This document shows positions 37,790 through 46,671 of a stretch of 48,652 bases of DNA, in pieces. The DNA is taken from IMG/VR virus record IMGVR_UViG_3300023218_000070, positions 1 through 48,652 of that record. One strand, 5' to 3'. Under the pieces are notes generated by a model. The model was not told the origin of the DNA and did no database searches. It saw only the letters and a list, made by a program, of their open reading frames with translations. Numbering within the stretch: position 1 is the first letter of the stretch; the number at the start of each line of letters is the position of its first letter. The DNA is from a virus (Duplodnaviria > Caudoviricetes). The position numbers and the translations under genes are program-made.

Positions 37790-38775
37790 TAGCCCGTTCT
37801 CCGCACAGGATTTGCCAAGTCCGTTGTTGCAGCATAGTCATACACTAGATCTGACCACGTGTAGTCGTACTCCAGAATAACACTACCTAAGCCGCGTCGG
37901 CCATCCCACCTATTCCCGATCTCACCCAGGCAGTGATGCGGGAACAGCGTTCTACGCGCCTCCCACAACTTCAGGTGCACCTCTGGAAACGCTGCCTCGA
38001 TCTTTCTGGCACGGCCCAACTCGCTGTCGTGCGCGCGTCCTGGGTACTGACCACCGTCGTAGGCCTGCTTGTATTCACACAGCAAGACTTCAGACTCGAA
38101 CCAATCCAGGTCGATGCCATCTTGGTCCCGAAGCCTATTCTTCTCTTCTTGGGCGATCTCATTCACCCGGACCAGGGTATCTGGACGGTTGCCCCCACAG
38201 AGTATCTCGACTTCTTCGGGGCGCAGCCATGCCAACGCCTGCCTTGGGGAATCACCGCCGCGAGGGCGGATGTCTGGGAATGGGTGGTGAAATAGCCCAA
38301 CCCGACGTAGTACTTCATAGAGCTTGGTACTGCCATACCTCCCATTACCCGGCACCTGCGTCACTCGATGCCATCCGGTTTCGAAATCCCTCACCCCCTC
38401 GAATGGATTGGTCTGTAGCCACTTGGCGTATCCCACCATGTGGTCGGCGAAGCGTTTCGCTCCATAGATTGCTCTGCGTTCACGACGCATCTGGAATCCG
38501 TCGTAGTTGGAGGCCATCCAAGCACGGAAGTCTGCCTCCTTCTCCACAACATCCTTTGCAGTTCGCCAGTCTTGAAGAATCACTTCGCCTGTAGCGATTA
38601 CGTAGGGTCCGATGTAGCATCCACACCACCAAGCCACGTCTTCAACACGCGGATCATTCCAAGCGATCCATTGCGCGATCTTCATGTGTGGATCAGGACC
38701 ACCGCCAGCTATCTCCCACACACAGAATTCCCGCATGAATCGCCGGTGTGTCTCTGGGTCACCCTTGATCACCAT
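37789..38775 (-). CDS. Amino acid:DNA transferase-like protein (AADT / aGPT-Pplase2, HhH-glycosylase fold)
   Basis: RERR, GNGRYGSTKLYEVL and ESEVLLCEYKQ...YPG motifs; position in the 5-hmdU cluster. Confidence 0.72.
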   Translation of the reverse strand: MVIKGDPETHRRFMREFCVWEIAGGGPDPHMKIAQWIAWNDPRVEDVAWWCGCYIGPYVIATGEVILQDWRTAKDVVEKEADFRAWMASNYDGFQMRRERRAIYGAKRFADHMVGYAKWLQTNPFEGVRDFETGWHRVTQVPGNGRYGSTKLYEVLRRVGLFHHPFPDIRPRGGDSPRQALAWLRPEEVEILCGGNRPDTLVRVNEIAQEEKNRLRDQDGIDLDWFESEVLLCEYKQAYDGGQYPGRAHDSELGRARKIEAAFPEVHLKLWEARRTLFPHHCLGEIGNRWDGRRGLGSVILEYDYTWSDLVYDYAATTDLANPVRRTG

Positions 38776-39839
38776 GGCAGTTGCCCATTCTTCTTGAGCA
38801 TTGACCGGGCTTCATGGTCATTCATCTGCACTGGTGGTGACTTCATGTAATATGCTGATGGAACCGGCAAAGCTCCACTCTCGCCTCTATCCAAAGCAAG
38901 CTTCGCAGATCTAATCGCATCCATCACAACCCCAGCCGAATTGGGGCTATCGTGCACCTCCAGCTTTAGCTCGATATTGGTCGGCGCACCACCGAAACCT
39001 TCCGCTTCCAGCCTGATATAGCACCACTTTCGATCGTCCAGCCACTGCACGTGATCGCTTGGCCCAACGTGCACATCCCTCTCCGGCAACTCTCGGCCAA
39101 TAGCGCTTGTCACTGCCTGTGTCTTGCTTTTCCGCTTACTGGCAAGGCGATCCTGGTCAAGCATGCCAAGGAAGTCTGTGTTGCCGCCGACGTTGAGTTG
39201 ACTTGTCCGCTTCAGACGAACACCGCGAGCTTCCATCAAGTTCGCCAGGACGCGATGCACAATGGTTGCACCGACTTGGCTCTTGATGTCATCACCGATG
39301 ATTGGCAGCTTGGCCTCCTCGAACTTCTTAGCCCAGTCGGGGTCGGAAGCCAGAAATACCGGCACGCAATTGATATATGCGCACCCAGCATCCAAAGCCG
39401 CCTGAGCGTAATGCCTCACCGCTTGCTCGGAACCCACTGGGAGATAGCCTACGACAATCTGGGCACCCGACTTACGCAGCTCTTCAGCTACGTTCACTGG
39501 CTCCAGGCTGCTCTCACTGACAACGCTTCGAAGCGATGGGCCGATGCCATCGAGTGTAGGACCTCGACGCACCACTGCACCCGTCAACGGCATTCCATCG
39601 GAGAACTGGTAGGTGCAGTTTGGTGGCGACCAGATCGCTTGGACAACGTCGAGCCCGATCTTTCGATCATCGACGTCGAACGCTGCCACCACCTCGATGT
39701 CATGCGGGTAATAACCGCCGAGCACAGGCTCCATCACCCCATCTGGTTTCATGCCTGGCTGGGAGTAATGGTGCAATCCTTGCACGAGGGCTGATGCACA
39801 GTTCCCGACGCCCACGATCGCGATCTTGATGGCACTCAT
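38769..39839 (-). CDS. ino1: Myo-inositol-1(3)-phosphate synthase, bacterial type
   Basis: IAIVGVGNCASALVQG, YLPVGSEQA, GDDIKSQVGATIVHR, QLNVGGNTDF, SKRKSKTQAV, DSPNSAGV and YYMKSPP; the ATG at 39839 overlaps the upstream stop. Confidence 0.95.
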   Translation of the reverse strand: MSAIKIAIVGVGNCASALVQGLHHYSQPGMKPDGVMEPVLGGYYPHDIEVVAAFDVDDRKIGLDVVQAIWSPPNCTYQFSDGMPLTGAVVRRGPTLDGIGPSLRSVVSESSLEPVNVAEELRKSGAQIVVGYLPVGSEQAVRHYAQAALDAGCAYINCVPVFLASDPDWAKKFEEAKLPIIGDDIKSQVGATIVHRVLANLMEARGVRLKRTSQLNVGGNTDFLGMLDQDRLASKRKSKTQAVTSAIGRELPERDVHVGPSDHVQWLDDRKWCYIRLEAEGFGGAPTNIELKLEVHDSPNSAGVVMDAIRSAKLALDRGESGALPVPSAYYMKSPPVQMNDHEARSMLKKNGQLPW

Positions 39840-40666
39840 GCCTGGAATCTCCGCTTCAATCTTTGACCATAGTGCTCTGCTCGGCACCACTTGGCGAATT
39901 CACACAACCAGTGCTCCACTTCTCGCATCTCCCAGCTAGGCCATTCGCTTGGCCAGTAGGTGTGGTGCTGACTCAGTGAGAGAAGATGCTGCATCATAGT
40001 GATGCGCGATGTGGCCTTGTTTGAGAATCGAAGATCATGGTCAAGTATTGACAAACCCTGTATTGCTCCCGGTCCAGGATTCGCCCACGTGAGGACGTCA
40101 GGCGCATCCTTCAACATCGAAGTCCATCGCAGGTCGCTCGTAATCTCATACGCAATGAATCCCCCGACGTAAGGAACAGACTGCAACATCTGCCAAGTTG
40201 ATTGCAAGTTCTTCGCATTTTCCCACACCACTGCTTCGATCTCGTGCACACCGTCCACGATCCAGGCAACCCCATGCACTTTGCTGCGGGAAGCTGGCGT
40301 GTTGATGCGGTATGCCCCGGTCACGACCGAGTGGCAAGAATCCATCACTTCAATGGCGCGTCGCGCATCCCAATTGTGGAAAAGGCCAGCCTCATGCAGC
40401 TTCTCCATCGTCGAGATGCGATTCGTCAGCCTCGCCAACGCCATAGCAGTGACGACGCGCTGTTGATCCCACAGGGGATCGCGGATGTTCTCACGCACCC
40501 ACTCAGTGGTACGGTCGTGCTCCCTAAACACATTGCAGAATCTCCATCTCTGAAACGTCTGGCTGTCCGTCCACGGTGGCGGTTCTCCGCGACGCCGACG
40601 TAGAAAAATTTGATACCGCTCGCGGGCAGTAGTAAAAAACTCTCCGATAGCATCTTCACCAATCAT
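39836..40666 (-). CDS. aGPT-Pplase1 / 5-hmdU DNA kinase helical-domain protein
   Basis: RERYQI, PPWTD..FQRWRFCNVFREHDRTT, GGFIAYEITSD, NPGPGA and EVEHWLCEFAK. Confidence 0.88.
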   Translation of the reverse strand: MIGEDAIGEFFTTARERYQIFLRRRRGEPPPWTDSQTFQRWRFCNVFREHDRTTEWVRENIRDPLWDQQRVVTAMALARLTNRISTMEKLHEAGLFHNWDARRAIEVMDSCHSVVTGAYRINTPASRSKVHGVAWIVDGVHEIEAVVWENAKNLQSTWQMLQSVPYVGGFIAYEITSDLRWTSMLKDAPDVLTWANPGPGAIQGLSILDHDLRFSNKATSRITMMQHLLSLSQHHTYWPSEWPSWEMREVEHWLCEFAKWCRAEHYGQRLKRRFQA

Positions 40667-42441
40667 GAATCACAATCCTTCCGACCCGTGGCGGGATCGA
40701 CGATACAAGCAGCAGCGTCATCGTCCGCTGACTCAAGGATTCCAGACCGCTTACCACCCGTTTGATAGGTGGTCAATCCCTTACATCCCCTTGCCCAGGC
40801 ATTGATGTATAGCCTTTGGAAGTCGACCCACGGCGTGTCGGCGGGGACGTTGCATGTCTTACTCACTGCCGAATCCACCATCTCTTGGGCAGCCGCCAGA
40901 ACTGACAGGTGTTCGTCAACCGTGACCTCGTGACATCGCTTGCCTTCCACGCCGAGTTCACGATACCCATAGTCATCAAACTCTGTCTCGATCCGTCCTT
41001 CCGGCATCTCCACGATCCGCTTCTGCCTGTACGAGAAGACTGGTTCGATACCAGAACTGACGTTGTCGGCGCACATCGAGATCGTCCCTGTTGGCGCGAT
41101 GGATGTTAGGTGACTGTTGCGGATCCCATACTTCCCAATCAGATCCCGTGCGTGCGGATCCAGCCCTGTGATGAACTCACCAGCGAGATATTCCTTCTCG
41201 GAGAACAACGGGAATGATCCCTTTTCCTCTGCCAGCTTCGCTGAAGCAATGTAAGTGCAATCACGTAGGATCCTGAGGATCTTGCTCTCATTCGCGATGA
41301 ATGAATCGCTACCATAGGGGTGCCCCATAGCTTCAATCGCGTTCGCCAGTCCTGTGACTCCCAAGCCCATTCTGCGCTTGGATTGGGCTTCCTTCTCTTG
41401 TTCGTAAAGTGGGTAGCGTGCCTTATCCACTACGTTGTCCATGGCACGAACTACGATCGGAATGTCACAGCGGAACCTGTCGTAATCGAAACCCCCCTCG
41501 CGAACGTATCGGGCAAGGTTGAACGAGCCCAGCAAGCAGGCACCGAACGGGGGCAATGGTTGTTCTGAGCACGGGTTGGTAGCTGCGATCTGCTCGCAAT
41601 ACCACAAGTTGTTCATTCTATTCATCGCATCGATGAAGAGGACACCCGGTTCAGCCCAGTCCCAAGTCGATCGCATGATGAGGGTGTAAAGCTCATTCGC
41701 GTCAACGCGGCGGTATTCTCGTCCACCAAAGCGGAGCGAAAAATCTACACCCTGCTCGACAGCCTGCATGAACTCGTCCGTCATAGCCACACTGACGTTG
41801 AATCCAGTCAAGCGGTACACAGCCTGCAACGCCTCATACCACACCGCCCACTCCTCCGAGCCGGGTGTGTGCTTCGACAGCATTTCGAGGATTGGCTCTG
41901 CTGCTCGGCCAGGTTGCTTCGCCCTGACAAACTCCTCGATGTCCGGATGGTCAACCCTCATCACACCCATCTGTGCTCCGCGCCGGTGGCCGGACGAAGA
42001 CGTGCATCGGCAGATTGCATCATAGACTTGCATAAAGGAAACCGGCCCAGATGAGTGGGAATCGAGACGCTTGATCAGATCCCCTCTAGGACGCAAGGTG
42101 CTAAAGTCATATCCGATCCCACCGCCCATGCGCATGGTCGCTGCTGCCTCCGCCGCGCGAGCCATGATGGAACCCGACCCGTCCACAAACGAGTCCTCGA
42201 TCACTCCTGACACAAAGCAGTTGTAGGGGGTGACGTTGCGCGTGGAGCCGATGGCAGACTGGACCCTGCCAGCTGGAAGAAATCGCATGTCCAGTAGCGT
42301 GTCTCGGAAGGCTCGGAAGTGTATCTTGTCATCGGACAATGTTGCCGCGATACGGTTCATGGCCTCGCGGAACGATTCGCCCCTGCCTCGATACTTTTCC
42401 TGGTGTAGCTGCTCTGAAAAAGGAAGTCTCGGTCCTTGCAT
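40663..42441 (-). CDS. nrdJ: Ribonucleotide reductase, class II (B12-dependent)
   Basis: FLPAGR, NCFV, RRGAQM, TNPCSEQ, CLLGSFNL, SIAPTGTIS and a C-terminal Cys pair. No beta-subunit gene seen. AGGAGG RBS before the ATG at 42441. Confidence 0.88.
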   Translation of the reverse strand: MQGPRLPFSEQLHQEKYRGRGESFREAMNRIAATLSDDKIHFRAFRDTLLDMRFLPAGRVQSAIGSTRNVTPYNCFVSGVIEDSFVDGSGSIMARAAEAAATMRMGGGIGYDFSTLRPRGDLIKRLDSHSSGPVSFMQVYDAICRCTSSSGHRRGAQMGVMRVDHPDIEEFVRAKQPGRAAEPILEMLSKHTPGSEEWAVWYEALQAVYRLTGFNVSVAMTDEFMQAVEQGVDFSLRFGGREYRRVDANELYTLIMRSTWDWAEPGVLFIDAMNRMNNLWYCEQIAATNPCSEQPLPPFGACLLGSFNLARYVREGGFDYDRFRCDIPIVVRAMDNVVDKARYPLYEQEKEAQSKRRMGLGVTGLANAIEAMGHPYGSDSFIANESKILRILRDCTYIASAKLAEEKGSFPLFSEKEYLAGEFITGLDPHARDLIGKYGIRNSHLTSIAPTGTISMCADNVSSGIEPVFSYRQKRIVEMPEGRIETEFDDYGYRELGVEGKRCHEVTVDEHLSVLAAAQEMVDSAVSKTCNVPADTPWVDFQRLYINAWARGCKGLTTYQTGGKRSGILESADDDAAACIVDPATGRKDCDS

Positions 42442-42445
42442 GTTT

Positions 42446-43618
42446 TCAATTCCTCCTGCTGATAATGACAGAATCGGATGCCCTCGTGACTGCTGTATAC
42501 AACCACTTCCAGCGATCCGACTTGAAAATCCACCCCTCATCGAACACACAGACTCTTGGCCACTGGCTACCCTGTGACTTGTGTGCAGTCAATGCATATC
42601 CATAATCGAAACAGTCCGCGTCTCGAATCTCGTAGAAATCAGGCTCGTCCCCCTTGAAGTATTGCCGGTGAATGATTGTATCGACAGCTCTGCCCTCCTC
42701 ACATCGAAGTGTCACTCCCACCTTCACCCTATCATCCACGTGCTGGATGTCCACAATCCACCACGTCGTTCCGTTCAGAAGCCCGGTCTCGTGGTTATTT
42801 CGCAGGCAAACCAGCTTGTCCCCTACCTCGGGTCCCAGACCGCGCCCAGCAAGTTGGCGGACATGACTATTGACCGATCGACGGGTCTTGTTGGAGCCTA
42901 CGATGATCTGATCGCAACTCTCCACTAGCTCCCTAGATGGCTTGCCAACTATCACCTTCGAATCACCATAGCAGCCTTCGCCTGGCATCTTGTGGCTGCG
43001 GATCCGGGTGGCTAGGTCAATGATCGGATTGTCCCGGGCTTGGCGATGAATCTCCGTAAGCATCACATCTGGTTTGCGGTCAGTGAAATAGCCGCCCCCT
43101 CGAACGGGCGGGAGCTGCGCCGGGTCGCCCAACACAAGGATCGGAACGCCGAACGACTCCAAATCTCGGCCAATCCGGCTATCCACCATCGAGCATTCGT
43201 CAATAACGACCAGATCCGCTTCTCGCACTTTGCTGTTAGGGTTTAGACTCCATCCCGGTCGTCTCAGCGCCTGCTTCTCGGCTTCAATCTCCTTGATGAT
43301 CTGCTTCCGTTCTTCCCCTTCACTTTTTTCCAGAGCCTTCTGAAGTTCACGCAGGTGTACACGAGACTTCTCATGAACACAGTAGATCAGCCGGTGGATG
43401 GTCGTGGCCGCATAACAACCGTTCTTTCTCATCACGGAGGCAGCTTTGCCTGTGTAGGATGCGTATAACACCCGCCCAGCAGATTCAGCCAAGTGACGAG
43501 CAAGGGTGGTCTTGCCTGTGCCGGCATAGCCTGCCAAATAGAACGTCTGCTGGTCCGTCCGCTGCAGCCATGCAGAAACGGATTCCAGCGCTTTCGCCTG
43601 TTGCGGAGACCACTTCAT
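42446..43618 (-). CDS. SF1B RecD/Dda-like helicase
   Basis: GYAGTGKTT, VIDECSMV, LGDPAQLPPV, EIHRQ, TAHKSQGSQW and YTAVTRA; start at the ATG at 43618. Confidence 0.92.
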   Translation of the reverse strand: MKWSPQQAKALESVSAWLQRTDQQTFYLAGYAGTGKTTLARHLAESAGRVLYASYTGKAASVMRKNGCYAATTIHRLIYCVHEKSRVHLRELQKALEKSEGEERKQIIKEIEAEKQALRRPGWSLNPNSKVREADLVVIDECSMVDSRIGRDLESFGVPILVLGDPAQLPPVRGGGYFTDRKPDVMLTEIHRQARDNPIIDLATRIRSHKMPGEGCYGDSKVIVGKPSRELVESCDQIIVGSNKTRRSVNSHVRQLAGRGLGPEVGDKLVCLRNNHETGLLNGTTWWIVDIQHVDDRVKVGVTLRCEEGRAVDTIIHRQYFKGDEPDFYEIRDADCFDYGYALTAHKSQGSQWPRVCVFDEGWIFKSDRWKWLYTAVTRASDSVIISRRN

Positions 43619-43620
43619 AA

Positions 43621-43695
43621 AGACGGTATCCGGGATTCGAACCCGGCACAGCCCCATTATGTGGGGCAGCGTGTACCCACCACGCCGCTACCGTC
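43621..43695 (-). ncRNA. tRNA-like cloverleaf (non-canonical; not assigned as a decoding tRNA)
   Basis: Minus strand GACGGTA-GC-GGCGTG GTGGGTA CACGCT-GCCCCA CATAA TGGGGC-TGTG-CCGGG TTCGAAT CCCGG-A-TACCGTC-T. Perfect 7-bp acceptor stem and canonical T-arm; fills an intergenic gap. Confidence 0.72.
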
Positions 43696-43702
43696 CACCG
43701 CG

Positions 43703-44491
43703 TCAGAAAGGAACTTCGTCGCCCTCAGGGGAAGGTTCCTGCGACTCATACGCCGCCCGGGCGTGGCCCTCGCAGATGGCCTGATGCAGGGCAAAGCCCT
43801 CGTCCAGAAGACCAGCAGCCGGGGAATCAGGAAGGATGATCGATTCCGAGACAGATCCGAAAAGAGGCTCCAGCTTGAAGTTCTTGTAGGGCTGGTTCTG
43901 CTTGTTGCGCTCGTCGATGGACGAGATCGCCACCCGGTGAGCAAACAGTGGTAGATTGCCCTTGACCGTGCGCAGTTTCGTCATCAGTTTCCGATACGCC
44001 TTGATCTTGGTGGAAGTGAAGGCGATGACAATCGGCGACACCGACTCCGTGGCATCCTTTTCGTCCAAGCGGAGAGCATACATGTAGAACGTCTGAATCA
44101 GGTCGTTTCCGGCCTCGGTCTGGAGAGACCTGCCAACAGCGTTTCTGCGGGCCTCAGTGACGACGTCAGAGCCAAGCTGATGCACAGCGACCAATCCCCC
44201 ACCCGTGTCACGCGGGACCCACTCGACGTATACCTGTGCCGTGTAGCATGGCACGATGGCGACTGGAGACTTGAGAATCTCGCCCGCCACCGTATCGATC
44301 AGATCACCGGGCTTGGCACCCTCGATTCTGCTCGGGTCGCCATCCTGAACCTGCGGGCTGAGAGCTTGCAGCAGGCCCAGAAAGGGGATTGCCATGTCTT
44401 CGGAAGTCTGGCTCTCAAAGCCGACTCCTCCGTATTCTCCGTAGTCGAGATTCGCCAGTTCGGCTTTGTTCTTCTTCACCACTTCACTCAT
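43703..44491 (-). CDS. Putative ssDNA-binding/annealing protein
   Basis: EDMAIPFLGLLQALSPQV and YVEWVPRDTGGG; acidic C-terminal tail EGDEVPF; replication context. Confidence 0.6.
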   Translation of the reverse strand: MSEVVKKNKAELANLDYGEYGGVGFESQTSEDMAIPFLGLLQALSPQVQDGDPSRIEGAKPGDLIDTVAGEILKSPVAIVPCYTAQVYVEWVPRDTGGGLVAVHQLGSDVVTEARRNAVGRSLQTEAGNDLIQTFYMYALRLDEKDATESVSPIVIAFTSTKIKAYRKLMTKLRTVKGNLPLFAHRVAISSIDERNKQNQPYKNFKLEPLFGSVSESIILPDSPAAGLLDEGFALHQAICEGHARAAYESQEPSPEGDEVPF

Positions 44492-45026
44492 TTCGATCTC
44501 CTTGCTTCACTTGAGCGACCCTTCGCTCGTGTACCCCGAACACGTCCAGGGGAATATCTTCCCCGGATTCCAGCTGCTCCCGAACCCATGCCGAGAGCGT
44601 TGATGGTTCTACCTTCATATGTTGTCGAACGGTTGCATCATCAAATCTATCACGAAGTTCCTGTAGCAACTGCTCCGCATCCTGGCTGTCTTGCCGCCCG
44701 AACTGAGCTTCGATGCTGCGTTTGATCAGAGCACCATGTCCGTGGGATTGGAGCCACTCAAATGCGGCTCGCTTTCTACTACCGATCGATGCCTTGATTG
44801 AACGTCGCACCTTCACCTGGAATCCGGAAGGTGCCTTGAACTCTTCCATTCCGAGCGAGTCCATCAATTCGGGAATGTCTTCTTCCTCGATCTTCCGCTT
44901 CACCTTCTCGGCGTCGGCCAAACGCTGCTCGGCATCAGAGACGCGCTCTTCAGCCTCCAAGAGTTGATTGACCAACGCCTCAAGGTGCTTGATCTGTTCG
45001 TTGCTCGTGCTTACCTGATACGCCAT
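44484..45026 (-). CDS. Conserved phage replication-region protein (N-terminal coiled coil)
   Basis: EEDIPELMDSLG, AFEWLQSHGHGALIK and VEPSTLSAWVREQ; the ATG at 45026 overlaps the helicase stop. Confidence 0.65.
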   Translation of the reverse strand: MAYQVSTSNEQIKHLEALVNQLLEAEERVSDAEQRLADAEKVKRKIEEEDIPELMDSLGMEEFKAPSGFQVKVRRSIKASIGSRKRAAFEWLQSHGHGALIKRSIEAQFGRQDSQDAEQLLQELRDRFDDATVRQHMKVEPSTLSAWVREQLESGEDIPLDVFGVHERRVAQVKQGDRNE

Positions 45027-46447
45027 CAAATCCACTCCTTCAACTTATCGCCTGTGATCTGAGAAGCCACATCAACCTTCTTCCGTAGCGACTCAACGAT
45101 CCTCTCATCAACTGTTCCGGAACAAACCATATCGATGTAGTGCACCGCATGGCGCGTACCGATACGGTGAGCGCGATCCTCCGACTGGAGCCGATCCGAC
45201 AGCTTGAATGAGTTTGAGTAGTAAATCACAGTCTGAGCTGAATGGAGTGTGACGCCGGTTCCAATCGCAGCAGGGTTCGCAACCAGGAACTGCACGTCAC
45301 CACTCTGGAAAGACTCAAGTGCAAGCCCCCTGGCTTGACCGCAAACCGACCCATCCACTACCACACAACGATCCTGGAACGTCGGATGCGCTGAAATCCG
45401 CTCGATGTCTCGGCGAAAGCGCGCCCAGATTATAGCCTTGTGCGCAAGATCATCACACAAATCTGCGAGAGTTGTGAGTCGGTTTTCCGGAAGTACCTGG
45501 AGCTTGCCATCATCGGTCGGTATGTACCCGCAGGCGATTTGCTGAAATCTCAGAAGACGGGTGATTGCCAAGTTCGCTGTTACCAATCCTTGCTCGAACT
45601 CCACCATGTAGTCATCTGACAACGTTCGATAAGCCTTGCGCTGGGCGGGCGTCATTTCGACGTATCGCTTGCTATACAGCTTCTCTGGTAGATCCCTCAA
45701 GACTTCACTCTTGGTAATTCTCCGTCCAAGAGTAGACATCGCTTCCTGAAGATCCTCCAGGTTCCTGTAGGCGACGCACTTGGGAAACGCACCATTGGCA
45801 GTCTGCCAGGTTTCCCAGACTCCGTATTTCATCTTGAACGCAGCGAACGTACGCAACCCGCGCCGGTTCCACACTTCCGGATCCAAAAACTTGAGCTGGT
45901 TGTAGATGTCAAACGGAGAGTTGTCAATCGGAGTGCCGCTCAAGCACCTTCTGTACGCAGCGGCTTTGCTGGATGGCATAATTCGACGTGACACCTTCGC
46001 GCCAGGATTCTTGATCTTCTGGCTTTCGTCGAGCACGTAGAGGCACTTGCGCCTTTGCAGGAACTTCTTCCAGGCTGTCTGGCCCCGTTTCGTCATGACC
46101 GCGTTGTATGACATGGTGAGTACGGCCAAGCCCGGGTGCTTTAGCGCCCGCTCATAGCTCTCCAGGTGCCACTTCGCATCTGTACTCCACCACGTATGGC
46201 ACAGCACGTCAACATCGTCTGGCATGTGAGTCGGAATCTCGTCGGAGACCCAGTTCCGATGCACCCCATTGGGCGCGATGACGAGCAGCCCATCGATTTC
46301 GCCTTCGGCGTAGAGGAATGCTGCTGTATCCACCACGACCTTAGTCTTGCCGGTTCCCTGCTCCCAAGGCAAGATCCTAGCAGCTGTCTTAGCGTGTTCC
46401 TCAAACTCCGCCAGCTGGTATGGGAATGGCTTGGTCTTGAATTTCAA
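45026..46447 (-). CDS. SNF2-family (SF2) helicase
   Basis: EQGTGKT, VLDESQKIKN, LSGTP and QSEDRAHRIG; TTG start at 46447 with an AGGAGG RBS. Confidence 0.92.
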   Translation of the reverse strand: MKFKTKPFPYQLAEFEEHAKTAARILPWEQGTGKTKVVVDTAAFLYAEGEIDGLLVIAPNGVHRNWVSDEIPTHMPDDVDVLCHTWWSTDAKWHLESYERALKHPGLAVLTMSYNAVMTKRGQTAWKKFLQRRKCLYVLDESQKIKNPGAKVSRRIMPSSKAAAYRRCLSGTPIDNSPFDIYNQLKFLDPEVWNRRGLRTFAAFKMKYGVWETWQTANGAFPKCVAYRNLEDLQEAMSTLGRRITKSEVLRDLPEKLYSKRYVEMTPAQRKAYRTLSDDYMVEFEQGLVTANLAITRLLRFQQIACGYIPTDDGKLQVLPENRLTTLADLCDDLAHKAIIWARFRRDIERISAHPTFQDRCVVVDGSVCGQARGLALESFQSGDVQFLVANPAAIGTGVTLHSAQTVIYYSNSFKLSDRLQSEDRAHRIGTRHAVHYIDMVCSGTVDERIVESLRKKVDVASQITGDKLKEWI

Positions 46448-46671
46448 GCTTCCTCCTGTTCGAATCTGCGCGGGTCGTCCAGGATCATCTGCTCGATAGC
46501 ATCCCCAAGCCAATCCGGCGGATGATCGTGATCGCAGAACCATTCCAGGTTATCCACCATGGTCCAAGGTGGTTCCGCATAGCGGTCCTCGACGATGAAT
46601 GCCTGGAAAGAGACTTCGATCTCGTCGTCATCGAACTCGAAGGTAGCATCCCCGACAACTCTCATTATCAT
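46444..46671 (-). CDS. Small acidic hypothetical protein
   Basis: Asp/Glu-rich 75 aa; its stop overlaps the helicase TTG. Confidence 0.6.
   Translation of the reverse strand: MIMRVVGDATFEFDDDEIEVSFQAFIVEDRYAEPPWTMVDNLEWFCDHDHPPDWLGDAIEQMILDDPRRFEQEEA

Noticed and set aside
38769-39839. MIPS as an auxiliary metabolic gene for host mycothiol, phosphatidylinositol or compatible-solute synthesis
   Set aside because: It overlaps DNA-modification genes on both sides and no lipid or mycothiol genes are present. Not formally excluded.
23423-42441. Inteins or introns in terL, primase, polA or nrdJ
   Set aside because: Protein lengths are ordinary and no splice-junction or homing-endonuclease motifs were seen.
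43621-43695. Functional tRNA-Met(CAT) or tRNA-Tyr(ATA)
   Set aside because: No U8 or U33, CAT cannot be centred in a 7-nt loop, an extra bulge and no CCA; kept only as tRNA-like.
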